DNA of 64,000 nt from positions 71,424,001 to 71,488,000 of the forward strand of contig NC_043006.1 of assembly GCF_006345805.1 (NCBI RefSeq), given 5' to 3'. The notes beneath the pieces are model-generated. The model was not told where the DNA came from and made no database searches. It worked only from the letters and a program-made list of their open reading frames with translations. The position numbers and the translations under genes were made by a program. Of the stretch, positions 12,816 to 25,965 are shown piece by piece; position 1 is the first letter of the stretch, and each line of letters begins with the position of its first letter. The stretch is from Octopus sinensis (lineage: Eukaryota).

Positions 12816-15125
12816 TTAGTTGTCTTTCCTACCCCTTTTATCTTTCTTTTTCCAAGATTTGAAATGATCAAACAGCTTCTTTGATCCATGAGCCTTCTTG
12901 GTTTTATGTTCCTGAGGGTGAGGCTGAGAAACATCATCCCCAAATGGTGATCCAGGTTCAGATAGATCAGAACTTAACCTGTTCCTAGAGTCTGACAAAC
13001 TGCCCTGTGATGGGGACCTTAAAAAATCGGGCTCGGTCGTACCCTCAAGTACTACTGGAACTTCCTGAGGCTTCTCAACTGCTGCTTCATGTGTTGGGGA
13101 GGGTGCAGAGTCGAGAATTTCAAACAAATCGTCATCAGTGTATTTCAGCAGACCACCACCCTCTTCTTCCTCATCTTCCTCAAATTCTAAATTTGAAACT
13201 GTTGCCTCCTGAATTATATCCAGCTTTTTGTTAGAAACGGGATATGTTGGAGGTTTATCAAATGTGACCCCAGGGGAAAACATGAGAGTCTCTGGAGATA
13301 GAGAAGTATTAAAGACCTCATCTTGTTCAGTGTACTGCTCAATCCTGGAATAAAATGCAACATCATCTGGTTCAGGTTCAATGGAAACCTGAGATGTATC
13401 CATTTGATGACTTTCAACATCTCCTACACTAACAGGATCTCCGTGCTCCCCACCCAAAACAGAAATTCCTTCACAAGATATTCTTTTGTCTTCCCTATCA
13501 TCATCTTTTAAATCATCAAAAGTCATATCTGCATTTTCACATGCAGCCACAGTAGTGGCTTCACCTAGACTATCCCTGATATTAACCCCACTAACCAAGG
13601 AGCTACTTTCCTCTACAGCTGCTGCTAAACCTGACCCTTCCATTAACAGACCTGGCTGTTGCTCTGAACACTGTGGTTCTTTGTTTTCCATCTCAGAGAT
13701 TTTGTCACGGTTAGCTTCATTTGGATGATTGTTTGAGAGAACAGAAGCATCTGAACTAAAGTCATTCAAATTATTGTTATCATTATTTGCATTATTATTA
13801 TGGTCATCATTATCAGAAATTAAAGGCTCACCACCAATATATGTCTCATACGGATTGACACTAAATGGAGGCTTTTGGGTGTCAACAGAGTCAGGAGTTA
13901 TTGATTCCTGCAAATTAGATTTACTGATTGAAGAAGCAGCTGAATCTCCACTTATAGCTGTCTCATAATTCATACTTTCAGGCAGATGTTTGTCAGAAGT
14001 TAACTGATCAGTGTTTGTATCTGATACTGATTTATACACATAACCAGTTTTTATCTTACCTGAAGTAGTAAGAGCAGACAGCTTGCCAACCTGATCAAAG
14101 TCACTAGACTCTTCTTCAAGAGACTTGTCTAAAAGAATATTATCATCATCTTTGAGATACTCAATATCAGTACTCTGTCCATCTTCATCAAGGTCTTTGT
14201 AAGTACCATAAGATGGCAGGAAATCTATGCTCTCTTCATCACTCTCTGCTTGAATCTCACTCTGAATATCTGTGCTGAGCAAAGCAGGGTTACTGTTTTC
14301 ATCAAGGTATATTTCAGCTGCATTGGAACTGTTATTGTCATCAATCGAAGTGTTTTTCTGATCAAAAACAGTTGGTGTGCATGTGTCAAAAACAAGAGGG
14401 GCTTCTTCTGGCTCTGGATCAACACTGCTCACACGTAAGTCACTGAATAAAACGTCAGAGGAGAAGGAGTCAGCAGAAACAATACTGTTATCAACTGATT
14501 CCCCTTCATCAACAGAACTCTCAAGTATTACTGGAACACTTCGACTGGGAGAGGAAACGGATCCTCTCTCTGACAAGTTAATAGCATCAAAGAATTCATC
14601 TTCCTCCTCACTAATCGAGGCTGATGTGACATCAGACTCTTTAACAGGTGACCTGCTTGACTGAGAGGAAGGCATATGACATACATAAAGACCTGGGGAG
14701 CTAGTGATAGTGTTGGAGACATCAACAGAACTACCAGTACTGTATAAGCCAGCCATATTGGGTGCTACAGACTTGTTCGTGATAGGAACAAATCTATCCC
14801 TACTTTGTTTCTGTTCTGGGCTTATTGAATCTAAATTAACCTGGACACTAACATTACAGTAGTTAGGTTTGGCTGTAGTAACACTGGGTAATATATCAAC
14901 TGTCTCAGTCAGTTTAGCACTAATTTCTGTTGCAGCCTTTACGTTGTCTGACACAGATTGATGGGAGAGATTACGAGTACCTAACGACGAGTCCACATCA
15001 TGTGACAATTTGGAGTCGACGATGTCCAATGTTGGAATTCCAGCTGTTAGTGGGCCGTTTGGTGATGACGCCTTTACCAAAGACCAAACACCTTCATCTG
15101 AGATGATAATAACCATACCATTTTC
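12816..15125 (-). CDS. LRRFIP2: LRRFIP1/2 homologue, long terminal coding exon (769 aa + TAA): acidic, Ser-rich, predicted disordered, ending KKKDKRGRKDN
   Basis: A 2.3-kb stop-free, repeat-free ORF in a window otherwise full of stops. Acceptor ttctttatctttttggcag|GAA. The start ENGMVIII matches vertebrate EKHGLVII/EKHGIIL. The architecture resembles the long acidic terminal exon of vertebrate LRRFIP1. Confidence 0.9.
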   Translation of the reverse strand, partial: ENGMVIIISDEGVWSLVKASSPNGPLTAGIPTLDIVDSKLSHDVDSSLGTRNLSHQSVSDNVKAATEISAKLTETVDILPSVTTAKPNYCNVSVQVNLDSISPEQKQSRDRFVPITNKSVAPNMAGLYSTGSSVDVSNTITSSPGLYVCHMPSSQSSRSPVKESDVTSASISEEEDEFFDAINLSERGSVSSPSRSVPVILESSVDEGESVDNSIVSADSFSSDVLFSDLRVSSVDPEPEEAPLVFDTCTPTVFDQKNTSIDDNNSSNAAEIYLDENSNPALLSTDIQSEIQAESDEESIDFLPSYGTYKDLDEDGQSTDIEYLKDDDNILLDKSLEEESSDFDQVGKLSALTTSGKIKTGYVYKSVSDTNTDQLTSDKHLPESMNYETAISGDSAASSISKSNLQESITPDSVDTQKPPFSVNPYETYIGGEPLISDNDDHNNNANNDNNNLNDFSSDASVLSNNHPNEANRDKISEMENKEPQCSEQQPGLLMEGSGLAAAVEESSSLVSGVNIRDSLGEATTVAACENADMTFDDLKDDDREDKRISCEGISVLGGEHGDPVSVGDVESHQMDTSQVSIEPEPDDVAFYSRIEQYTEQDEVFNTSLSPETLMFSPGVTFDKPPTYPVSNKKLDIIQEATVSNLEFEEDEEEEGGGLLKYTDDDLFEILDSAPSPTHEAAVEKPQEVPVVLEGTTEPDFLRSPSQGSLSDSRNRLSSDLSEPGSPFGDDVSQPHPQEHKTKKAHGSKKLFDHFKSWKKKDKRGRKDN

Positions 15126-15339
15126 CTGCCAAAAAGATAAAGAACAAAACAATCAAAAGAGAAATTCACAAGAACAATTATAGGAAATACAAATGAAAGC
15201 ATAAATGGTGGGTAGGGGAAGAGAAATGGTCAAATAGGCACGTGGGATATTTGAGAACTAACTTTGGTGAGTTGAAAATCAAAAGCAACATAATATAATG
15301 TTATAGGACATGGAGAAAAATTTTACTTATATCCTTTTC

Positions 15340-16132
15340 AGACAAACTGACAGTCATCAACATGGCAGACCCTAAAGGAAAAGTTATGCCATGTTGATGG
15401 CTCTATCCATCAAACACAACAGTTTAAGGATAAACAGCTTTCTGAATGTGGTTGGATTGCTTGTGTTTAAGAAAGAACTGGAAGACCCTGGTGAGGACTT
15501 CATCCTTGGCCAAGACAAAGAAATATTCTTGGGTTTTGGAGTCAGACACCATCAAAATGGTTGAGGTTGTTCAGCAGGACCCTGCAGATCAATGATGGCC
15601 ATCACCCATGACACTCAAGTAAATGGAGTTCATTATTAGATAAGCAGTCAATGAAGACATCATGTACAGGTCCTAAGTGAGGAAAAGACAAAGGTTTGTG
15701 TCTGGCAATATGCAGGTGAACTATGTGATCACGTAACCTTCGACATCATGTGACATTATAGCTTCCCTGAATTAAACTCCCTGAATGATGCATCTGAGGT
15801 AACGTTCAAGGAGGAAGGAAGTGGCTGGCAGGCCTTACAGTTATGTGTGTGTAAACAGGAGTCACCTAATTTTGATATGTAATTGCTTTTGGAACCACAT
15901 CAGGAGTCATCTTTAGGATTTAAGGCAGAATGACTTGTTTCTTTGAGATATGAATGTGTCTGCCATTTTTAAGATTATGTTGTTGTTTTCAGTATAATGC
16001 ATGAAACTTGAGACAAAACATCAGAGTTGAAACCGGAGACACATGAGTGTCAAAAAATAAATAGGATGAAATATATTGAGGAACTTTTGGTACAAACAGT
16101 GGTGATCATGTTATATTTGAGATCACACTGTA
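15340..16132 (+). mobile_element. Internally deleted, decayed DD37D (maT-like) transposon relic
   Basis: Translated patches: AMLMALSIKHNSLRINSFLNV (N-terminal HTH-like), VNEDIMYRS*VRKRQRFVS, and FPELNSLN (SPDLNPLD-like). Possible right end ...TTTGAGATCACACTG|TA. Left TIR not recognised. Confidence 0.55.
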
Positions 16133-16429
16133 CTCTAGTAAAGAGAGTAAGGTAACCTCAACATGGGTATTCAGCTTGTCAGAAATAGCAGCCAAATCTA
16201 CTTCAAATCACACTCTACCATCTTTAAAAGAGAAAGAACAGATTAGATCATTTAGTTCTAGATACGCTACATCTGAAGAATAGGATGTGAAGAAATGACT
16301 ATGGGTCCACTAGACTAGGGATGGTGGTGGTGGTGCTGCTAAGCAACACAGTGAGAATAAATAAAAACACATTACATCCTCTAAAATTTGCAGATGCTGG
16401 AAGAAAAAGGAGAAGGAAAATTAACTTAC

Positions 16430-16522
16430 GCGAATAATCTTATCTCTTTGTTCAAGTTGGTATTTGGCAGTTTTACATTCAGTGTCTAAGTCTTGATATG
16501 ATCGTTTTTTGGACTCAAGTTC
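16430..16522 (-). CDS. LRRFIP2: LRRFIP1/2 homologue, coiled-coil exon (93 nt): ELESKKRSYQDLDTECKTAKYQLEQRDKIIR
   Basis: Acceptor after a (TC)n tract, ttcatttattttccag|GAA; donor CGC|gtaagt; phase 0-0. Position and length fit the LRRFIP exon ending ...LKQREEML. Confidence 0.9.
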
Positions 16523-19104
16523 CTGGAAAATAAATGAAAGAAAGAAAGAGAGAGAGAGAGAGAGAGAGAAGAGAAAGAGATTAGTAAGTATGTCAATATG
16601 ATATAAAATTACCTCCATAGTTAAGTAGGTACCAGTAACATACTAGGCATGAAAAAAGATGAGACTTACGAGCACCAGGAACTAGAGTGCATATATGGCT
16701 GCTCTAGATATCTGGTAATGTTTTACAATATTATACATAATTCTACATCGTTAATTCACAATGAGGAAAACGAGGAGGAAGAGGATAATATTTAGCCTTC
16801 CTCCTTTTCTTGACTATGATGTAGTACATATCATTATCACCACCATTTTAACATATGTTTTTCCAGGCTTTCATGCTTGGGATGGAGTTTACAAAGGCAG
16901 ATTTTCTGCAACCAGATGCCCTTACTGTCACCAACTGTCATCTGTTTCCAAGCAAGGTAATATTTCTCCATGGCCAGACCATTTTCTCATAAATCATTGG
17001 AAATGACTGATACAGCTTGTATGACAGTGACAATCATTTTACAGCTACCACACGATGTCAACCAAAGAAACAAAACCACACACACACACACACACACACA
17101 ATAGGTTTCTTTCAGGCTTTATTTAACCAAACCCACTAACAAGGCTTTGGTTGGCCTGGAGTTATAGTAGAAGACATTAGCATAAGGTGCCATGCAGTGG
17201 GACTGAACCCAGAACCATGTAGTTGGAAAGCAAGCTCACCATATAGTCAAGACATTACATAATTAAGATAACACTTAGCTAGGACAACACCACTAATACC
17301 CATTGCACTAAGATGTCAGGTAACTAAGACATCATAAAGTTAAGATATCATTAATATATAATGTAAGGGAAGATAAATTTGTTTAGTTGTATCAACTCCC
17401 TATATGATGGGTTTGAAGTAAAGAGTTAGGGACCTGAAAGAAGAGTAGTGTGTTGTGTTCACACTCAAGTACATAAATATAAAAAAAATTATGTAACCCT
17501 CTAGAGTTATGTCCTTTTACTATTTATGGACAAGACCCTTAATGTTTAACTAGCAGACAAATCTCTTTCAAAACACATCCAATTGTCTTAAAAAAGGAAG
17601 GGCAGTTTAGATAATATAGTGCAAGAGTTCTTGGTGAAACTGAAAAAGAAAGATAGTAATGTCTAGAATAACTTTATAGGTCTGCTCAGTCAGAGCCAGC
17701 CTAAGGCTAAATAACACCCTTCACACACAAATATGCATGCCAATTTATATGGTTTTTACCATCAAACTAATTCAATTACACATTAACCGATGTATTATTG
17801 GGCACTTTAAGATTTCTTTTGTTTCAATATTTTACATGAATAGGAAGAATATAATAGAAGCAACAATGTTTTTGTGAAGTGACCTTCATGTAACCAAGGG
17901 AATTGTTTGTTATTTGCCATTTTCATCAAGCAGACAGAAAAGTGCTCCTCAATCAGGCACTAACCTTATAAAGAGGAAACCAAAATTTGGCCTCTCATTG
18001 CAGAGAATTCAGCCAGAGTAGAAATATTCATTCCACGGAAACATTTGCTCTATTCTTGTTCATGAATTCTCAGAATGACTTGTTTTAGTTGAATGAAACA
18101 TCAAATTGCTCTATTCTAACACGAGAGGTAGGTTGATTTCATTTTTTTCAGTTTTACTTCAGTCAATTTCTTTTTACATTACGCATGTAACACAAGAACT
18201 TTATTTCAAGAACATGTGTATAGTGCTAGTACATCAAAATTGGTGTAATGGTCTAAATGAACTGCTGTACAATTCAAACCTGTAATTATGAACCTTTGGA
18301 AGTGAACACATTGCTTTAGAGTAGCACTTCTGTCAAAGGAGATAATACTTCCAGTCACATACAAGAAATGAGACTAAACATACTTAATTTATTGCTTTTA
18401 TCTGTGTGTATGCAGTTTTACAGTTGAATAAGGTTCTTCCTACAGCTAACCGCTCTTCTGTGACATAGAAAGAGAGGTGATACCTATGGGTTTGTATAAC
18501 TGAGGAAGAGTTAAATCACACAGTCATAGCAAGCCATGAAGGATGCCTCTACATCAGTAATTTTCAACTATTTTTTACCTATGGACCCCTTTGATTACTA
18601 TTTTACTCTGGTGGACCCCTAAATTAGTTTTATAGATACATCTTGCAAAAAGAAGTGTTTTGTTCAAGAATACAACACATCGCCCCGGAATTGAACCCAT
18701 GATCTGGCAATCATGAGTGCAACACCCTAACCACTAGGCCATATGCTTTCACAGCAGTGACCATTCTTTTATTTTGTATATCTTGTATTATACTGTGCAA
18801 AGTGTTCCTCATTTATGAAAGCGATATGACACAATTTAAGAAAATTTGGCTGCAATTTTTAGCTGATCAAACAACCACTTAGTCTCCCTCTTTCAGAATG
18901 ACAAGAGTGGTAAGTGTGAAGGATACTTATTTCTAACACTTATGGATGATTATAACTGATAAGCCACCGACAGAAGCCTGTGGGAGGAGATCCTGTTACC
19001 TCCAACTATGTCTACACAAAAGGCAGGCTACTACACAAAACATGTGGCTTTTAACTCAGCAGAAACATGTTGCCACATGGAAATGGAGCACTTAATAAAC
19101 TTAC

Positions 19105-19275
19105 TTTACATTTATCCTTAAACTGACGTTGATATTCAATGACTTCTTCCTCCTGTTCTTCCAGCTGATCCTTAAGGAGATCAACTTCATAAACAAGGGC
19201 CTGCTTCTCATTATGGAGTTGGGCTGAACCCACCATAGCCTTTTTGTACTTATCTTCTAACTCATTCAGCTGTGA
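19105..19275 (-). CDS. LRRFIP2: LRRFIP1/2 homologue, coiled-coil exon (171 nt): [57 protein letters not shown]
   Basis: Acceptor tctcttttattacag|TCA, donor AAA|gtaagt. Matches the LRRFIP signature EEKYKKAMVSNAQLDNEK...YQVDxLKD. Confidence 0.95.
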
Positions 19276-19368
19276 CTGTAATAAAAGAGAGACAGAGAAA
19301 GAATTGAAATATAAAAAATACGAATATATATGCATACTTACAATAGATATATCATAATAATAATAATA

Positions 19369-19401
<33 letters not shown>

Positions 19402-19428
19402 CATACTTACATATATGTACACACACAT

Positions 19429-19474
<46 letters not shown>

Positions 19475-19992
19475 TATGTGGGCACAGGACATCATGAAAT
19501 GTGTACAACAAAAAAATACAAAGTACCAGTACACGGAATATGAACTATATTTTCAAACAATGAAAGTCACAAATGGAAAACAAAACAAACAACATAAAGA
19601 ACAACCCTTCATCAGTTATTGGCTGTTTTTATACACACACACACACACATGCATAAATTTAAAAATCCAAATACATACATATATAAATATATCATCATCA
19701 TGATACATATATACACAGACAAACATACATGCACACACATATACATACAGATATAAATACACATACAAATAAATATACACACACACAAACAAATATACAT
19801 TCACAAATATATTTTAATATTTCACTTAGGCACAGCAACACTAATCACCTGGTACTAGAACTCAGTATACATATGCTTCAGAATAAAGATTTAGTCAAGG
19901 ACAGAGTGTAATATGAAACTAGATGAATGATAAAGAACAGATTATGCAATGAACTTCATTTGCATAATCTCCTGTTCCTTCATTTATATTAA

Positions 19993-20378
19993 ACTAGCAG
20001 TATCGCCCGGCGTTGCTCAGGTTTGTAAGGGAAATAACTATAAAGCATTTTTAGAGAGTTATAGCCAAAAAATAGCAAAAAAATGGAAAAAAATGATGGT
20101 AAATTTTTTTGGAGAGTAAAATAAGGTGGAGTTACGTCCCCTAGACAGTTTGCGGTTTGTGTTTCAGATTCTCGACCCCATGTCGAATTTATCGATTTTT
20201 TTCAGAACTGGGGGAACTTTTCAAAATTTCCGCTGCGTTAGTTTTGAATTATGACATTGGGCTATGTGTGTGTCAAGTTTCATCAGAATCGGTTGAAAGC
20301 CGTGGTCAGGGTGAGGGTACAAGCAAACAGACACACAGAAACACGCACAGACAAACTGCCGTTTATATAGAGAGAGAT
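19993..20378 (+). mobile_element. Non-autonomous Helitron/HINE-like element
   Basis: Begins ACTAGCAGTATCGCCCGGCGTTGCTC, contains AAGTTTCATCAGAATCGGTTGAAAGCCGT, and ends (CA-rich)...CTGCCGTTTATATAGAGAGAGAT. This layout is typical of Lep1/DINE-like rolling-circle elements. CpGs are well preserved. Confidence 0.65.
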
Positions 20379-22751
20379 TACATAAACACACACATACATG
20401 CATATATATATATATATATATATATATAATCCACAAGTTTTTTTATGTTCTCTCTGTTTATTTTCCCTTATTCCATTCTGTTGTAGGGTCAAAACGTAAA
20501 AGACTTTCTCACTTTCCCGAGCATCAAACTAATACACCAACTTGCCGTTCATACACTTGCCTTCGTCTTGTTTTTTCTGTAAATTTTAACTATATATATA
20601 CATATATATGTATCAAAAAAGAAAGAAGGCTCAAAGGTCCTCCTGTGCCATCAGTTCATTAGGCTGTTTTCCCAGATTCTGTGGTGTATATATAACTCCA
20701 CTGGATAGGACAATTAAATTTTGCCAGTTGAGTGGACTGGAGAAATGTGAAAAGAAGTGTTTTTCTCCAGAGAACAATGCATCGCCCGGTCTCAGATTCG
20801 AAACCACAATCTTACAACCATGAGTGCAACACCTTTGACAACTAAACCATGTGCCTCCGCAATATGTCATGTAATCACATGACCAATCAGGCTATCAGAT
20901 GTTACACATCGCTGGTCACATTGCGCTTTTGCATTGTTTTAGCCTTCAAATGATGCCCCATTGCTGGCTAGGTGAGCAACCAACAATCTCTGCTGATCAA
21001 AGGGGGAATGGAGCAACGTGAAACACAACAGCACTACCCAGTCATGGAATCAAACCCACGATCCAGTAATGATGAGTGCAACAGTCTAACCACTAGGCCA
21101 CACGCCTTCACCCACAACATATGTGTATGCATGAACATATGAACACATGCCATTGTCTGGAAATAAGAGGACAGGTGTGGGTATGTATTTGCAAATAACC
21201 AAGGCCAACACTTTTCATACATGTCTACATTCCTTGGCAACTGGAGATAGCTTTGGACAATTGTCATGCTGATGACCCCTATGGAGGCAGAAACACATTA
21301 TTTACAGACAAATACAACAGTTAATTTGCATTTTTGTGATATAGTTGTATTAATTATGATAGACAGATGACTTGTTTAATCTAATACTGCCTCTATTGCA
21401 TAGAACATATATATATAATTCATACAAGAAGATGGAATAAAGAGGCTTTGATTAAAGCTTGTTTATTCTATCTTCTTGTATAAATTTTTATATAATTTTA
21501 TTCACTAATGGAGTTTTACATGTTTATCCAGCTCAAGGAATAACCCTGCTGCATGATGGCATATGGTAGCCAACAACAGCACAGAAGCTTTTAAATGCAT
21601 GTTATGAGGTTATTACCCAGATAATATTGGATGTGTGTGTGTGTGTTTTGCAGAACAAGCAGAAGAAATGGAACTCAATGAGTGTGTGTGTATGTGTGTG
21701 TGTGTGTGTGCGTGTGTGCGTGTGTGTGTATTTTTTTTTTTTAAACAGCAAAAAACTAAGCTTTGAATCACTTTTGTGACTTTCTGCTGCTTAAAAAAAT
21801 AAGGAAGTATGTACACCCACACACACTCACTCATATATATAAGCATAAATTGTATACCACTCCTTAATGCCTGACATGCTGAAAATGGTAACTGCAACTT
21901 TAATTTTCAATTATTTAGTGCAAAGTTTTTCAGCATTAAAGTGTTTCACTGTGTATTTCATAGGTACAAAAAGTTCAAACATTGTTTATCTTATTGTTTA
22001 CATTTCAATATATTGAACACCACACTGTTATAGTAGTCAAAATATGGTGTAAATACTTCACAGTTTCAATGTTCTGCACTCACGCCTCTGGGTCAAATTT
22101 CACATACACAAGCTTAAATGAATGCACATCCTACTGGTCAGGCCCACGGTGTCGTATGTCAAATCCTAGTTAACTAAAAATGTCATTGGTCATGCTTACT
22201 TGAAGCTATTACAGTTTCATTGCAGGAAAGAAACCTGAAACCTAAAACGCCAACAGATTTTTCTCTAGTTTTCATTTCAGAATAAAGAGCAGAACTTAGT
22301 AAGTTTCAGAGAAATGTATCAAAAACATGTTGGTCTTCTTGGAAACATAGCTTTATATATGTTCGTTTTACATATATGTCTTGTTTTATCTTTTACTCAT
22401 TTCGGTCATCAAACCGCGGTCATGCTGGGGCATTTTAGCCAAACAAACCAAACCCTGTACTTTTAAAAAATTTTTCAAAGTCTGATATTTATTCTACCTG
22501 TCTTTTTTGCTGAACCGTTAAGTTATAGAGATTTAAACAGACCAACACTGGTTGTCAAGTGGTGGTGGGGGTCAAACACACACACACACACACATACATA
22601 TGTATGTGTATATAATGTACACAACAGGCTTCTTTCAGTATCCATCTAAGAAATCCACTCACAAGGCTTCGGTCAAGCCAAGGCTATAGTAAAAGGCACC
22701 ATATATATATTACCCATGCTAGCATGGAAAGTGGACAATAAAACGATCATG

Positions 22752-23639
22752 ATATATATGTATGTATAGATATAATATACATACATACATATATATATAC
22801 ATACATACATACATATTATATACATACATACAGACATATATATATACATACATACATACATATATATAACATACATACAACATATATATATACATACATA
22901 CATACATATATATATATACATACATACATACATATATATATACATACATACATACATACATATATCATATACATACATACATACATATATATATAATACA
23001 TACATACATTAACATATATATATACATACATACATACATATATATTATATACATACATACATACATATCTAATATTATACATACATACATAATATATATA
23101 TACATATACTACTACATATATTATATATATACATACATATATATATATATACATACATATATATATTATATATACATACAAATACATATATATATATATA
23201 CATACATATAATATATATACAACAATAGATATATATACATTATATATATATATATATACATACATATATATATATATACATAATATATATATATATACAT
23301 ATATATATACATATATATATATATAATATAATATATATATACATATACTATATATATACATATACATAACATAACATATACTATACATATACATAATATA
23401 TACATTATATATATACATATATATATACATTACATTATATTATATACATATATATATATATATACATATATATATACATACATATATATATATACATATA
23501 TATATTATATACATATATATATATATATATACATAGATATATATTAGACATATATATATATACATATACATATATATATACATATACATATATATATAAA
23601 TATATAATATATACATATATATTTATAATATATATAATA

Positions 23640-23670
<31 letters not shown>

Positions 23671-23983
23671 CATATATATATACATATACATATATAATAC
23701 ATATATATATATATATACATATATATTATATATACATATATATAATATATACATATATATATATATACATATATATATATACATATATACTATATATACA
23801 TATATATACATATACATATATATACATACATATATATATACATATACATATACATAACATATATATACATATACATATATATACATAATATATATATAAT
23901 ATAATTATACATATATACATAATATATATACATATTATATATAACATATATACATATAATATATATACATAATATATATATAC

Positions 23984-24014
<31 letters not shown>

Positions 24015-24031
24015 CATATATTATATATAAC

Positions 24032-24062
<31 letters not shown>

Positions 24063-24121
24063 CTATATATATATATACATATATAATATAACAATATATA
24101 TATATACATATATATATATAC

Positions 24122-24152
<31 letters not shown>

Positions 24153-24180
24153 CATATATATAATATACATATATATCTAA

Positions 24181-24211
<31 letters not shown>

Positions 24212-24426
24212 CATATATATATATAAATAATATATATACACTATATATATATACATATACATATACATATATATACATATATATACATACACATATATAT
24301 ATATCCATATATATACATATATATAATACATATATATACCATTATATATATATATACCTATATATACCAATATATACATATATATATATATACATATATA
24401 TATATAACATCTATATATATATATAC

Positions 24427-24457
<31 letters not shown>

Positions 24458-24739
24458 CATATATATATTATACATATATATATATACAACATATATATAT
24501 AACTATATAATATATACATATATATATATATACATATAATATATATACATATATATATATAACATATATATACATATACATATATATACATATACATACA
24601 TATATATATATATTACATATATTATACATATATAATATATATCTATACCCATTATATATATACCATATATATAATATACATATATATAACATATACATAC
24701 ATTACCATATACATACGATAATATATTAAATATATATAT

Positions 24740-24773
<34 letters not shown>

Positions 24774-24901
24774 CATATATATATAATACATATATACATC
24801 TATATATATATATACATATATATATATACATATATATATATATACATATATATATAATATACAATATTATATATACATATATCATATATATATACATATA
24901 C

Positions 24902-24932
<31 letters not shown>

Positions 24933-25004
24933 CATATATAATATGTATATATACATATACATATATACATATACATATATACATATACATATATATATAC
25001 ATAT

Positions 25005-25037
<33 letters not shown>

Positions 25038-25113
25038 ACATATATATACATACATACATACATACACATACATACATACACATACATATATACACATACA
25101 TATATACACATAC

Positions 25114-25204
<91 letters not shown>

Positions 25205-25218
25205 CACATATATACACA

Positions 25219-25252
<34 letters not shown>

Positions 25253-25289
25253 CACACATACATATACATACATACATATACATACATAC

Positions 25290-25322
<33 letters not shown>

Positions 25323-25841
25323 CACATACATATATATATACATACATATATACATACATATATACATACATATATATATACACATACATATATATATACA
25401 TACATATACACATACATATATACACATACATATATACACATACATATATACACATACATATATATACACATACATATATACACATACATATATATACACA
25501 TACATATATACACATACATATATACACATACATATATACACATACATATTACACATTACATATATACACATACATATACACAACATATATATACACACAC
25601 AATATTATACACACCATTATACACACACATATATATACACCCACCACATATATACACACCATATTACACACACATATACAACACATATACACACCCACAT
25701 ATATACACACACATATACACACACATATATATATAACACATATATCTACCACATATATATATGCATACATATATATATATATAAATATATTATATATACA
25801 ATATATATACATACATATATATACATATATATACATACATA

Positions 25842-25879
<38 letters not shown>

Positions 25880-25920
25880 CTACATTATATACATACATAT
25901 ATATATATATACATACATTA

Positions 25921-25965
<45 letters not shown>

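Noticed and set aside
13110-13140. CTGATGA...GAAA on the minus strand resembling a hammerhead
   Set aside because: It lies inside coding sequence (TDDDLFEIL) and has no stem II or NUH; a chance match.
15126-15152. First nine codons (MFCSLSFWQ) of the 778-aa ORF
   Set aside because: This is the polypyrimidine tract and AG acceptor of the terminal exon. The ORF is not a stand-alone single-exon gene.
17800-18550. Non-repetitive-looking block with faint transposase-like patches (RYHLSFYV, MULE-like)
   Set aside because: Too degraded to assign a superfamily by eye; needs BLASTX/HMMER.
19051-19485. 144-aa ORF as a complete protein
   Set aside because: Only 19105-19275 is exon; the flanks are microsatellite and intron read-through.
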